From Felis catus (lineage: Eukaryota): DNA of 64,000 nt. Where the stretch lies: positions 76,758,001 to 76,822,000 of the forward strand of contig NC_058368.1 in assembly GCF_018350175.1 (NCBI RefSeq). The letters run 5' to 3'. The position numbers were made by a program, and so were the translations under genes. This document shows positions 48,841 to 62,470 of this stretch, piece after piece; positions within the stretch are counted from its first letter, which is position 1; every line of letters begins with the position of its first letter. A model generated the notes under the pieces. It saw nothing but the letters and a program-made list of their open reading frames with translations. It did not search any database and was not told where the DNA came from.

Positions 48841-51348
48841 GCTTTCGAGTGCAGGAAATACGGTGATGCCTCGAATCCCCCCGCGAATGTGTTTTCCTCA
48901 ATTTATAAACATTTTGACTCCTCGTCTTAGAGACACTTTGCTTGGATTCGCTCTCAAAAACCTACCCCCATTTTTCCTGACAATTCTTTAAGCAGAATTC
49001 TTCCATAGCCACTTCTGTCCATCACCTGCCCATCAGGCCACCTGCTCTGCTTACTCCTTGTCTTCATTAAACTGAAAATGCCTTGAGGGCCAAGACGATG
49101 CCTTTCGCACCTGCATCCTCAGTGCTAGGCAGGGTGTATGAGGCAAAGCAGACAATAAATATTTTTGGGGACCCGTGGCTGGAGGAAAACAATGGCTTCA
49201 GTTGTACGAGTACTCGCGGAGTGTGCTGCCGGGCTGTTCGGGTGGATTTTTTTCGTTGTTGCCAAGTTTGACTCCTGAGACTGTGACTCTAGAGACTGCA
49301 CTCCACCCTTTTTCCCGTCTGCATCTATCTAGTCAGTGACATAAATGAACCTACCCCTGATGATAATCGCTACCTTCCAAAATCTTTGCAGGAAAGATAC
49401 TTAGATTACTAACCAATCTTAGCACCTCCCGCACATGGTCTATCGAGTGTTAAAGGTAAGCACCCTTTGGTGTATCTATGCAGATCGAGTTCAATTTCCT
49501 AAATTAGGAGCCAAAGTAGAGAAATAATGGTAGGTGAACTAATGCTGAAGGGAAACCATGGAGGAAAGCTATTATTTCTGTGCATATTTTAAAAATGCGT
49601 TTATACATTATGGTAGATGACGTTTATCAGTTTTTCGCTGCCCTTCTTAGGAAAATACATTCCTCCCTCACTGAGATCATTGCCTTGCCAGAGCCAATGA
49701 GCAGTATGTCCCAGAGGGTGGCCACTTCTTCAGTCTGGGCTCAACACGAAGGCATACAGAATCTGAGTCAACCTGCAACAAGAGTAAGAAGTAAGTCTTT
49801 GTTCCAAGATCTGGGGGCTGTTTGTTACCAAGCAGAACCTAACAATGGCTGACAAATAGACACCTAAATTCATCCCCAATTATATAAAGTCAATGAGAAC
49901 ATAGATAGAATTTAAATGTACCTGTTTAGTTGAGTTACTGATAGTCTAGCTGAATGTAAAATTCCTAGGACATCTAACTTGTGTTTAGTACATATGCACT
50001 TGTTTGAGAAAGACGTGATAAAGGGAAGATTCAAAACCTCAGGCAGAAGCTATGATCTCCAGAAGCTATTGATTTTTAATCACATGTATTGGTTAAAACA
50101 ATGTCGATATTCAATGGCTTTTCTTTTTTGCAGGTAAATGGTAAATGTAGTATCTCGAATTCTGTCTTTTCTTCTAACATTCACTCCAAATATTTAGGAT
50201 TTATGCATTTTTTGTGTAATAAAATATAGCTTTCATATTGATATCTTTTCCCCTGAGGGTGAAAATTCATTCTCAGTAGGTCATGTGTTATATGTGAAAA
50301 ACATACAGTCCTCATAAAATGCTTTAAAGCCCAGGTGAATGCCACTGTGAATTGGTCTAGCTTCTTCAGCCTCACTTTTAAAAGGTCTATAAATCTATCT
50401 GTGTTGTACCTTTGGCCCTCTCAAAGCTGGTGCTGTGCATGGGCTGACTCATAAATGAGAGACTACGTATGATTTGAAGGGCACCACGGATTTCTCACAA
50501 GTTGCTCTGCACCCAGCGCAAGCGTGATCCTCAAGGACTGAAGTGCATCATCTTAAAGCGTTGCATATTTGAGCTAGTAAAGTCAGGAAGGCTGAAAGAT
50601 CGATTCTTTTTTATTAGACAAAGCAGATCTCAGTGTATCAGATTAGCTGAGCTCTGCAGAGGAGATCGGTAAGTTGTTTCCCAGGTGGAAAGGTGGAAAA
50701 GGTATTAAAATTCTTCAGTGTCTCCCCAGAGCCTTGAGAAAAAAAAAAATTCTTCGCAAGACAGACTGAAGTCCCCTGAGACCTGGCCTCTGATTTCCTC
50801 TCCAGACTCATCTGTCTGACTCTAGCTACACTGAATTATTTAAAGAGGACGTTTTCGAGTCCCTTTCTCCTGGATAACCCTAGATTTCCTGATTTACCAT
50901 TTGGCCTATATGTTATTTAGGAAAACTAATGTGAGCTATGACAATGGAAATACCCCAAAGACTTTGATGGTTTTTACACAAAAGGCCCAATGTGGGCCTG
51001 CTCACCAGCCTCCACGTAAAGGGATAAAGGAAGAGAGAGGCATCCTGATCCCATAGCCCATAGCCCGCAGTCCCTAGGCTAGCGCTGGTCACAGGACCCC
51101 AACCTCACTTCAAGGAAAGCTGGAGGGACAGACATGGGCCTCATACCCAACCACAGCCCGTGCTTTGTCTAGGCCGTAGGGCACACCACGCTGAGCCACC
51201 AACATCTGCTTGCCCATCTCCCCTCCTCATTCAATAAGGAGCACTTTAGAGTCTTATCTGCACCTTATTTCTTTGCACTCAGAGCTCCCCGTACCTTCTC
51301 TGTCACACAGCAAGTGCTTAATAAATGTTTATTAAAATAAAGAAAAAA

Positions 51349-51409
51349 TGGGTGGGTGGATGGATGGATGAATGGACGGATGGATAGTTGGATGGATGGA
51401 TAGATGGAT
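51349..51409. repeat. (GGAT)n-type microsatellite
   Basis: Direct reading. Confidence 0.9.
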
Positions 51410-51428
51410 CATTAAGAATGAGGAATCA

Positions 51429-51653
51429 GGAGCGCCTGGGTGGCGCAGTCGGTTGGGCGTCCGACTTCAGCCAGGTCACGATCTCGCGGTCCGGGAGTTC
51501 GAGCCCCGCGTCGGGCTCTGGGCTGATGATGGCTCAGAGCCTGGAGCGTGTTTCCGATTCTGTGTCTCCCTCTCTCTCTGCCCCTCCCCCGTTCATGCTC
51601 TGTCTCTCTCTGTCCCAAAAATAAGTGAACACTGAAAAAAAAAAAAAAAAAAA
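51429..51653 (+). mobile_element. Young felid SINEC_Fc
   Basis: Perfect 15-bp TSD aagaatgaggaatca and long pure A tail. Confidence 0.95.
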
Positions 51654-52251
51654 AAGAATGAGGAATCATTGTTTGAATAGTTGTTAGGCCCGTACCTTTG
51701 GAAACTCTTGCTATGAATGGGAAAGTTTCAAAAGTGAGAATCCTGCCTCCCCAAAGTACAGCCCAGAAGACTGGATTTTCTCCAATCTCCTGCACCGTGA
51801 GATTGAGAGGTCACAGGCATGCTACCTAAGTTTCTCTGGCCAAATAGGCCCACACAGACTCCAAAGCAGATGCAAGCCACAAGGGGGAACATCGTTGCGG
51901 GGCTGTAGGTAACAGAACTGATTTCATGGCCTCGGCAGAAGCCATAGTGACTTCACCATCGTTGAATGGAGTTCCTGGTGCAGAGGATCAACGGGCGGCG
52001 ACGGTGTGGGTAGCAGACCAGCAAGGGTGGTTTCTCATTAGCTGCCTCTGTGCTTGTGGTTTTGGGCATTTTTCCATGGGGTTTGGCCTTGGGTCTGGTT
52101 TGGTAGCCCTCCCAAGATGTCTGTGATCTACTCAACGTTCCCTTAATTAAATATCTTTTTATGTAACTAGAAAGAGTCAGTTTCCATTACTTGCAATTAA
52201 GAGCCAGTTAAGATCCAAGAGAAGAGCACGAGGCCACAGGACATTGGAACT

Positions 52252-52330
52252 GAGAGAGAGAGAGAGAGTGTGTGTGTGTGTGTGCACGCGTGCATGTGTG
52301 CGCTCCCATACGTGTGTACATGTGTATGTG
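52252..52330. repeat. (GA)n(GT)n compound microsatellite
   Basis: Direct reading. Confidence 0.9.
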
Positions 52331-55300
52331 TTTGGAATCAAAGGTGAAGGAAGCAGGTGCACAGTGAGGCAGCAATAAAGGCATAAAGGGGAAGCCAGAG
52401 CGGCAAACAGGCATCACAGGTAAATTTTGCTGACTTCATTCTACATTTCTTTCTTTTGTTCAGGCTGGTACCTTACACTGCAAGAATTCAGGTCGGTGGT
52501 CCCGTGACAGCCCTAATATTTGTCTGTTAAATTCATGTCTTGTTCCTTCAATCCGCCATTAAACCTAATATCAATTACGCTCATAAAATTGTGCTCTAAG
52601 TAAAAGCTGTTACGAACAGCTTCAAGTGGTAGATAACTCCGTGGTCTTGCTAAAAATGTACCTTTGAAGGCAAGTTCAGATTAACAGGATTTCTGAGCTA
52701 AAAGAAAATGAGGCCCAGAAAGCTCGATTGCCTTTGCTCCAAGTAGTAGAGTTTTGCATAGTCAAAGGGTCTAAAAGGGTTTGGAACAGCAAGAGAGTCT
52801 TAATGATAGAACTGCAAGAACATTCTGAAGCAAATAGTGCATCTACCCCATAACACCGTAACATTATGCATGTACTAATAAATATCGACTCAAAAAGAGG
52901 GACCTGTCATAATCTTGGAAGGAACGCTTGAACAAGAGAGAATTTGGAGTTTTGCCCAAGAAATTTTAACTGAATGCGTTTGTTTTCATAAAATATTTAT
53001 TTCCACTAAAAGTTCATCGAAAGACTATCAAAAGACAGCTTCCTAGGGGACTGCTTTTTCTAGTGGCGATACCCACAACACATTCAGGTGTCAGCTGTTT
53101 AATTTTGAAAACCGGTATTTCAAGCAACCCACCACGGCTTGCCCATCTGCACCCAAAGGGCCCTCTCTGAAACAAACCAAAAAAGCATTAATGTTCAAAA
53201 TGCCTTGATTTAGGGTTTTCCAAGTTGGCTCCTTCGTGGATGTGAAGGCAATTGACTTTCTCTTGCAATTATGCTCCCAGTTGAGAGAGGTGTAATTGAG
53301 GCTAACATAACTGCTTCTGGATGTTTTCAAGGTACTGAAAAGACTGGCTGGAAATGAAGGGTTGACCCTTTCTGAAGCCTGAATAACCGAAGGTTTACAG
53401 TCATCCGGGACAGCAAAGCCAGCTCTTGTTTTCAAACAAGACCATTTTTCAAGCTGTTGCCGAGATTGCTATAGATCCTGGGGGCAGGACTGAAAACAAG
53501 ATCATAATTGAGCAGTAGGAGATCTGCTTATCTCCCTCTGCAAAGAGCTGGCCAAGGACGGGGGACCCAGACTGTGTAAATGCAGGGAACAACGCACCTG
53601 CTTGGAGCCCTGCGTGATTTTAAAGCTTGTTGGAAAAAGGTGAGAAGAAATGGGTCCAAATGCTCTTATGTTTGCTGACTTAAGATTTGGTGTGGGGGTG
53701 GAGGCCTGGCGGTGCTACAGGGTAGGCAGAAAAGACATAATTAAAACTATTCATTTCGTTTAAAAAAAAAAAAAAATCTGCTCTATCTTCCCAGCGGGCC
53801 TTGATCTCTTTGTCACACTGTATTTGGAAAGTTCTATTGAAATGTCATTCAGGAAGTGCCACTCGGTGGCCTAGTAGAAAAAAAAAAGAGAAAGGATAGT
53901 TAGGGAATAAGAGGCAGTGAAAGATAAAAGCATGCATGTTTTAAAAAAGTAATATTTCATTAGAAGCCTCTTACTAAGTGCTTGCTCGAACCTAAGCACA
54001 CACTCAAATCATTTCTTATAAACAAAGTGAGATCTTAAAGAATTACTAATTTTATGCAACTACACGTTTGATTTGTTTTCTTCTGAGCTAATTGATGTGA
54101 ACCTTCAATTTGATTTTCTTATTCCTTTTTCTGCCTCTAAATAACCTCTTTCTGCTGCTAAGATCTCCCGTGGACATCAAAGGGAGGGTCTTGTATACAA
54201 GAGGAGACACCAGGGGACAACAGAGGAGAAGGAGGGTTAGGGTTGCGGGGACCACATTTGTTGGAGCTAATTTTGAAAGAATGCGCACACAGTATGAATA
54301 TATGTTTCGTGTAAATATGTGATTATGCAGGACAAACACGACAACCTCTCCACCCGCCCCCCCCCCATCCCTAAAAGCTGTATCTATCAAAGCTAGGTAT
54401 TCCAAGAGTGGGGGCAGTAATATCAACACAGGCATTTAAAATTGTCAGTTGTTTTCCTTCTCCGGAACCGTGTGAATGCAAAGCCAAAGCAGTTCTGCCA
54501 GTTCAGAATAATGAGTCAGCTCTTTAGGTTATTAACCAGAGTACGGCACATCTTCATTACAGCGCGGCAGAGGGGACAGGGGATAGCCGGGGGCGGGGTG
54601 CGTGGGGAGGGGATGATCGTCTTTTTGTCATGAATTTGAGCTTTATTTTCCAAAGTTTATCTGTGTTCTGCACTCGTGCTGAGACACGGATGCGAGCTCC
54701 CAGCCAGATAAATGGCAGCATAACTCACTTGCAACGCTTTCAATTATGATTATAATTAGACACGCGAGTAAATCAAATATCTTGCCTGGAGTCTCTCTGT
54801 ATTCCACAGAAAGAATAGCATTTCTTTTTCTCAAAGAAACTAATTTTCTGTCATCTAATCAATGCATTTAAGCAGGGAGGAAATTAGAATCATTTCCTTT
54901 TCTAACATCGATAATGTTTGTCTGGCTCTAAAGAATGTGACATCGCCTAAAATCGTATTGATTACTAGACGCAAAAAAAGGGCAGGGAAATCATTTTTAC
55001 CCTTTTACCAGGTAAACATAGGAAGAATTTGAGCACAACTTCTTAGAACTTTTGCAAAACGTGTTTCTCATTAGCAACAACTGGATGCTTCCTTCAAATA
55101 ATCAAAAGGGTTATCATGAATTCACTTTTAAAGTGACCGTCGAAGTTCCAAATTTGTTCGGAGAAATAATCCTACTGGCATTTCCATATATGAATGAGCC
55201 ATACATGTGTATTTCACCTTTGGTTTTGCTTATAAAAAATAAGTATTTAACACTATTTGACCACTTTCTGAGATAGCCTGTTCAGAAAACCCGAAATCTT

Positions 55301-56683
55301 GGGAAACGTCAAATCCTTGTGTTAAAAGAGAATAGCGTTTTACGTGTTTCTCGCATGGGTGCCAAAACACTGCCGGCACTAAAAAATGTAAGCAACTATT
55401 TAAGAATGTTCTATACCACAGTGCATGCAGCTCTAGAGCAATTGGAAACAACTTAGTGAGGGAAACAGAGTAAGAAGATGAATAATGATGTCTTGTGTAC
55501 CTCAAAGATGGCCTCCATTTATAATCTGAAAGGTTTTGTTACAGCAATCAAGTTGCGTAATCCCACTTCGAAATTAAAACCGCTCTCTTATAAGCCCATG
55601 CCATCAGAGACTATGATGTGGGGGGAGACGATTCTTCAGAAAGGAAATACCATCTAGTTGTCTAAGAAGACATTTTGCGGAAAGGCATCAAGACAGGGTT
55701 TCATTGTAAGTTGTGGATCCTTTCAAAGGGACGGTGCCTTGAATGTTAACATCATCTCATACATTCCCAGGATGTGTGCAATTACCTCAGAGAGAAGAGC
55801 TGGGTAGTGAGGTCTCAAGGGTTTAGATAATGACATAAAGTATGTCGCAACGATTATCCGTGTACTTTTCCGGGAGATGCATTATTTAAAACCTACCCGG
55901 GACTTCAAGAATGAAAGACAGAGGAACGTCCACTTTATGAAATTGCCATTGAAGTCTTATCTGGAGTTGAAGACAAGGCTAATTATTGGTTTTTAACCGA
56001 AGTATCATTCCAGTTTAATATCAGTGCCCGGGTCTTAAATATTGAAGCAAGTCACATTTTTCAGGGACAATTGCCTTTGAATGAAGAATGACAGGGCTCT
56101 GGTCTTTGCTGACCCTTACGACTCCTGCCGCGCAATCCATGGCAACTCAGTTACTACAGCAACCCAGGACCACGCACAAGAACAGGATAAGACCGTGAAA
56201 TCTGATGTCATACTTTCACAGGATAGAAATTGCAAAAGATATTCTGAAGTAGATTTGGTAAGTATGTGATCTACATTATCAATTAGTTGGAAGTGAATAT
56301 GGAGCTTTCATTGGGGCCGAGAAGGAAGGATCTTGTGTTCAAATGTGGGGCAACATCTCCCGACCGTCTACTATGTGTGACCTACGAAAAGGAACAAGAA
56401 CGGAGTGTCGAAAAGCTCTTTTCCAGCCTTGTCCTCACCGGTCTCAGCTAGAAGCTCAAACTTAGTTCGCTGCTTTTCTGAGAGGCTTCGGGGCCAAAAA
56501 TTAAGTGATTTACTTTGAAATGCTTCCATTGGTCGGGTCAACATAAAATCCATAATCAGGTCTCATTAGAAATTATCCAGATATTTGCCACATTTCCAAG
56601 TCCCCTTCTGTAATAGAAGTCAGCTCTCCTTTTCCCTTCCCCACCTTGGAAAACTAACTTCAGCACTTAAGACTGAGTCTTGC

Positions 56684-56903
56684 GGGACACCTAGGTGGGT
56701 CATTCAGTTAAGCACCTGACTCTTGACTTCAGCTCAGGTCATGATCTCACGGTTCGTGAGTTCGAGCCACACGTCAGGCTCTGGGCTGACAGCGTGGGGC
56801 CTGTCTGGGATTCTCTGTCTCCCTCTCTCCCTGCCCCTCCCTGCTTGTGCTCTCTCTCTCTCTCAAAATAAATAAACTTGAAAAAAATTAAAAAAAAAAA
56901 AAA
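56684..56903 (+). mobile_element. Can-SINE (SINEC)
   Basis: Head/body/poly-A. Confidence 0.92.
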
Positions 56904-57109
56904 AGAATTGGTCTCAGGCCCCATTCTAGAAAATAAATCTAATTAATTCTGTCAGAGTTTGGGTTCATGAAGTAGTCGTGGCGACTTTCATCCATGTATT
57001 CCTAGCACTTCATCATTAACACATATTTGGACAAAATCAGTGAGAAAGAGAACGATTTTGGCCTCAGGTTATTGGCGTTCTACAATTAGAGTATAAAAAG
57101 TCCATTTTC

Positions 57110-57335
57110 GGGGCGCCTGGGTGGCTCAGTCGGGTAAGCGTCCGACTTCGGCTCAGGTCACGATCTCGCGGTCTGTGAGTTCGAGCCCCGCGTCGGGCTG
57201 TGAGCTGATGGCTCAGAGCCTGGAACCTGCTTCTGATTCTGTGTCTCCCTCTCTCTCTCTGCCTCTCCCCCGTTCATGCTCTGTCTCTCTCTGTCTCAAA
57301 AATAAATAAAAAACATTAAAAAAAAATTTTTTTTT
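57110..57335 (+). mobile_element. Can-SINE (SINEC_Fc-like)
   Basis: TSD aaaagtccattttc. Confidence 0.95.
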
Positions 57336-58482
57336 AAAAGTCCATTTTCCATGTTCTGCTTGGACACACCATGGAACCTAGAATTGACTTTTGTGTTAGG
57401 ACTCTGTTAAGGCTTTTTAAATAAACCCGAGATTTATGTGGCAATAATCGCAATGATGTGTGACCCTAACCCTGCCATTGGCTCTGATTCAACTTGTCTC
57501 AACTTCAAGACTCATAGCCAGCCTCAACTTTGTAACCTTGGAGACAAATGTCATAGCCAGTCCTTCAGTTTGTAATCTCTACAAAAGGAAACACCGAGAC
57601 TTTGGGGAAACGGGGGACAGCAAAATTAGCACCCATGAACGACTACACGTGATCACGTCTCCATGCTTGTTCACAGATTCAATGTAGGTAGTTTTAACTG
57701 TTGCATTTTCCCCGCAACCCCTGAGCCCATTGTTGGCCTCACTAGCATGCACTCCCATCCAAGTACCATCAGACAGAATGCTACAGGCCGAATTGCTCTG
57801 CACCAGCCTGTTTCCAAGTCAGGTGACCCGAAACAGCTCCTTCCTCTCCTTTCAGATCTGTCCCATTGCAAGGGGAGCCCTCGTGTCACATATTAAAAGA
57901 ATAGAAAGGAAAGCATATCTGCACTTCGTAAGAGGTCGGAGGCAGAAAATAATACTGCCATCCAAGCTCTGGAGTCATTCCTTCGTTTATTGTAAAAATA
58001 TTTCTGAAGTACCACGTGGCCAAGCGCGGTGTGCCTCAGAGAGACACGGCTCTCCAACAGACTCAGTTTGCGGAGAGAATCAAATCCCGGCCGTGCTGAG
58101 CAACAGTGACCAGAACTGTAATGAAGAGTGCACGGTCTGCCAAGAGAGCGAGAGGGCCCTGACTTCACGTCTGAGGGGAAGAATGGATAAGGCCTCTGAC
58201 AGCGGGACCTGAGTGCTCCTTCGAGGAGGTGGGGGAGTGACCACACGGTGCGGAAGGTATGCAGCATTGCAAGCAGATAGAAGATGTGCAGTGTGACCGG
58301 GGGTTCTGTGCACCTGCAGGAGGGGGAGGCGTGGGCCATACTCTGAAGGGCTACACTGAGGAATTTGGTCTTCTTCCCCTCAAAGAACCAGGGAGCCTTT
58401 TATAATACTCGTCATCTGCCACCTCTGTGGCCAACGGTCCAGGCCCGCAACACGGCCCCGGCGTAGCCCCAGCTCTGGTATC

Positions 58483-59150
58483 GTGTTAGTTAGCCATTGC
58501 TGCGTAACAAATTACCCCCAAAACTTAGCATCTTGAAGCAACAATCATTTTTTTTTTAATTTTTTTTTAACGTTTATTTATTTTTGAGACAGACAGAGAC
58601 AGAGCATGAACGGGGGAGGGTCAGAGAGAGGGAGACACAGAATCTGAAACAGGCTCCAGGCTCTGAGCTGTCAGCACAGAGCCCGACGCGGGGCTCAAAC
58701 TCACGGGCCGCGAGATCATGACCTGAGCTGAAATTGAGATTCGGACACTCAACCGACTGAGCTCCACAGGCACCCTCAACAACCATGTATTACGTCCCAC
58801 TCCATGTGGCTCAGGAACACAGCGGTGGCTCATCTGGTCACCTGTGGCTCCAGGCTGCAGTCTGGTTGGGACCAAAGGGACAGTGCTAGGAAGTGACGTA
58901 AGGATGTGCCCGCCAGCTCAGTCCACGAGTGGAGTCGCTTCCCCCGCGTGACTAACCCAAGGGAGAGCGAGACACACACCCAAGATGGAAGATGCCCAGG
59001 CCAGAGCTTCCTACGCTTGCAGCCTATTCGCCAAAGTGATATCCCATCACTTTTGCCACCTTCCGTTTGCTGGAAGTGAGTCACAGGTCCAGCCCACAGT
59101 CTAGGGGACAGTAGTCCAAGGGTGTGAATACCCACAAGGCACAGGTCCCT
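58483..59150 (-). mobile_element. MLT1F/G-like solo LTR with an inserted SINEC (58547-58775, -)
   Basis: tgttagttagccattgctgcgtaacaaattacccccaaaacttagc...catcacttttgccac...aagtgagtcacaggtccagcccaca. SINE TSD caacaatcat/caacaaccat. Confidence 0.8.
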
Positions 59151-61730
59151 GGAAGCTACCTAATGGGCTGCCTAGCACGGGGATGGTCCCAAGTTTGTCT
59201 ATGTGGCTGGTGACACAGGGCCACACTGCTGGAACAGAGAGGACAGCAGCACGACGCTTGAAGCACATGCTGGATTCCAGTGACATTCTAGAACCCAAGA
59301 GGTATGAAGCTCACTGCTTACTCCAATTCTCAGAATGACCATGCGAGACAGGAGGTATCATGTCCATTTCACAGCTGAGGAACGTGTAATTAATTTACCA
59401 AAGGAAAGACCCCCCGCAAATGTTAAGAATGTTGCTGGAACTGGGGTTCAGACCTGACTTAAGTCTGTCTGTCTCCCGACCCACCTGTTTATCTGCTGTG
59501 CCCACAGCGTCCGATACCCTATCTCCTTCTGTGTGCTTGTGTTCAGCTGTGGTCCCCCCTCAAAGCACTGCGGAACACGCTGTATCGTTCATGACGCTCT
59601 ACAGAGGGAACCACAACATCCCAAAGAAACATGTCAAACAGGACCTTATGACAGATGTTCCAGTGCCCTCAAGACCAGACATGCAGCTCCGATGGTTTTA
59701 TCATCGCTGAAGAGTGCAGGAAGTTACACATCCACAAACTGAACCTCAGACCTAGAGTACTAACCCTGCAATTCGTGATCTCTTCCAGATTGAAAGCACC
59801 ATCGTGTTGACTTTCTGTGTTCCAAGTAGCACTGTGAATCCTGCAGAACGTGCAGTGTAGAGAAACGAGTTGTGGACGGATGCCAATTGTCGGGAAAGAA
59901 GACCGACAATTAACACACAGAAATTTCATTCAAGATTCTATACGAAAATAGAAGTGGCAACCACATTGAACACACATGGAAATATGTCGCGTTTCCCCCC
60001 AGAAGATCCTAGTTAATGAGCTTAAAGTAACTTAAAAAAAATGAAGGTTGAGTAGTTATGAAAGCACTTAGTAAAAAGCAGAGAGACATTGGCTCCGTCT
60101 GATTGCACGGTTCAAAGATGAAACATGTTTAAATATGTTCTGTAATAATAGCTTTTATTTATATTTATTCCAAGGAACCCAAAGTACTTTGCGAAATGAT
60201 TTCATGCCCAAGAGGTAGTAAGAGATAGGTATTATTATCCTTATTTTGTATGAGGAAGCTAACACTTCTGAGTGTCCTGGGCTGAGTATTCAGTCCCCGG
60301 GCAGACTGGCGAGGCACACCCACTCTGTCCCAGGTGCCTGTCTGGACAGCCGGGGCGAGTTAGCCGCTGCCTTTGAGCTTTGAGCGGCTCGCCACGTGAG
60401 AGGGGAGACAGGGCTGAATCGCAAAGCTCTGTGGGAACACAGACGTGAGGATGACTGATTCTTCCTGGGCTGTCAGAAAAGGTTGACAAAAAGAGACGAA
60501 AATCTAAACTAGACCCCGAAAGATGAGTAGGTGGGAAGGGAAGTCAGGGAAAGGGAACAGGAGGGGCCAAAGCATAGAGGAGGGGAGCAGGTGGGGAGCG
60601 CTGATGAAGGACAAGGTCAACAGCGGCTTCTTTCCACTCACCACCGCTTCTTTCTACTCCTCTTAGTGCAACATACACGTTGCTGCACTTTGCCTTTTGT
60701 TTATTTACTACTGTTGTCTTCCCATTTCGTTTTTAGGTGTAAAAACCTCTTGCCTGTTAGAACTACACACTGAAGTCCCCCAGAATAGCTATCATATGCC
60801 GGCTTTTGGTCAGACAGCTCTCACTTTCCCCAGAAAAGACGTTTTCCAGAATGTTCTCTATTCGGCTTCCTGATACAAGAAGTCCTTCCTGGCCTTCCCA
60901 CCACCACCTTCTGTAATCCTATCAGGAACGATTTCTCCCATGCTGGGTGAGTCCGGAGGACTCCCTACCTGGACTGCCCACTCACACATATCCCTCTACC
61001 CCCTCCCTCCCCACCCCCACCCCGGGCACCTCCATTACTCCTCGTGCAGGACACAAGATGAGAGGTCTTCAAAGAATACCCCAGAGGAGCAACCTCTTTT
61101 TTTTTTTTTAAAGGAGGTTATCTAGGGAAAAAGAAAAAAATCCATCAAATACAAAAACCGTTTCTCAGCAAAATGTCTCTTTTCTTTGAAAAAGAAAGAG
61201 AAACTGGTCTATCGCAAGCCATCCTTCAATCTGGGGTCATTTTGCAATATAGAGCTTCAAATGATTTTCTCTTTCTTAAAACAGGTCTTATCATTAACTT
61301 AATGCAAAAAAGAAAAAAGTCTGAAGGACAAAATTAGATCTACTGGTGTGCATCAATGGTCCCCTCCCCCCACCCAGTTACGGATTTGCCACATTACCAA
61401 AAAATCACATGAAAGTCAAAGAATTTAGACAATATTAAAAACGTTTCCAAAAGAACTCAACCTGACTTATGTACTAACATGGAAAGTTGTCTACGTTATT
61501 TACTCAAAAAGGCAAAAAACAAAACAAAACAAAACCCAGTTAGAGGATTCCATTGCGGTTTAAAAACATATCGCGTGTGTATGTAAATTTACTTGTTTTA
61601 AAATCTGAGGAAAATAGATCTAATTATTAACAGTGGCCATCTCTGGGGAGGAGGTTATGAGAAAAATCACGCTTCTTTATATTACAAATGTCTCTATTGT
61701 TTTAAGTTTTTATCATAAGCATGTCATTTT

Positions 61731-61955
61731 TTTTTTATTTTTTTTTCAACTTTTTTTTTTTTTTTGGGGGGACAGAGAGAGAGACAGAGCATGAACAGGG
61801 GAGGGGCAGAGAGAGAGGGAGACACAGAATCGGAAACAGGCTCCAGGCTCCGAGCCATCAGCCCAGAGCCTGACGCGGGGCTCGAACTCACGGACTGTGA
61901 GATCGTGACCTGGCTGAAGTCGGACGCTTAACCGACTGCGCCACCCAGGCGCCCC
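61731..61955 (-). mobile_element. Young felid SINEC_Fc (within an old L1ME-like fragment)
   Basis: TSD ataagcatgtcatttt. Confidence 0.95.
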
Positions 61956-62158
61956 TATAAGCATGTCATTTTTAACAATCAGAAACCAAGAAAAAAGAAA
62001 CCCAAGGTGGGGGAAAAAATCTGTTTTAAGGTTTTCTCTCATAAATAGTTCTTAAAACTTTGGAACCTACTTGCCTTTCTTCGATGTTTCATAAAAATCT
62101 GCTTTGTTTGTTAAGCTTCATCTGTGAGTATTTTATGTAGTTTTACAAAACACAGCGG

Positions 62159-62377
62159 GGGGCGCTCCTGGGCAGCTCAATTGGTGAAGCATCTGACTCT
62201 TGATTTCAGTTCAGGTCATGAGCTCGGTTCGTGAGTTCAAGCCCTGTGTCGGGCTCTGCGCTGACAGCGTGGAGCCTGCTTGGGATTCTCTCTCTTCCTC
62301 TCTTTCCTCCCTCCCTGGCTCGAGAGAGCTCTCTCTTTCTCTCTGTCTCTCAATATAAACTTAAAAAAAAAAAAAAA
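62159..62377 (+). mobile_element. Can-SINE (SINEC), older subfamily
   Basis: Diverged head, CT-rich body and poly-A. Confidence 0.88.
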
Positions 62378-62470
62378 CCCAGTCTGGTTCTTCAGCACCT
62401 GACTGTACTTGAGAATGTCCAACCCAATATCCCTAGCAACGTGCCGGGGTCCCTCCCTCTCTGCCCTCGG

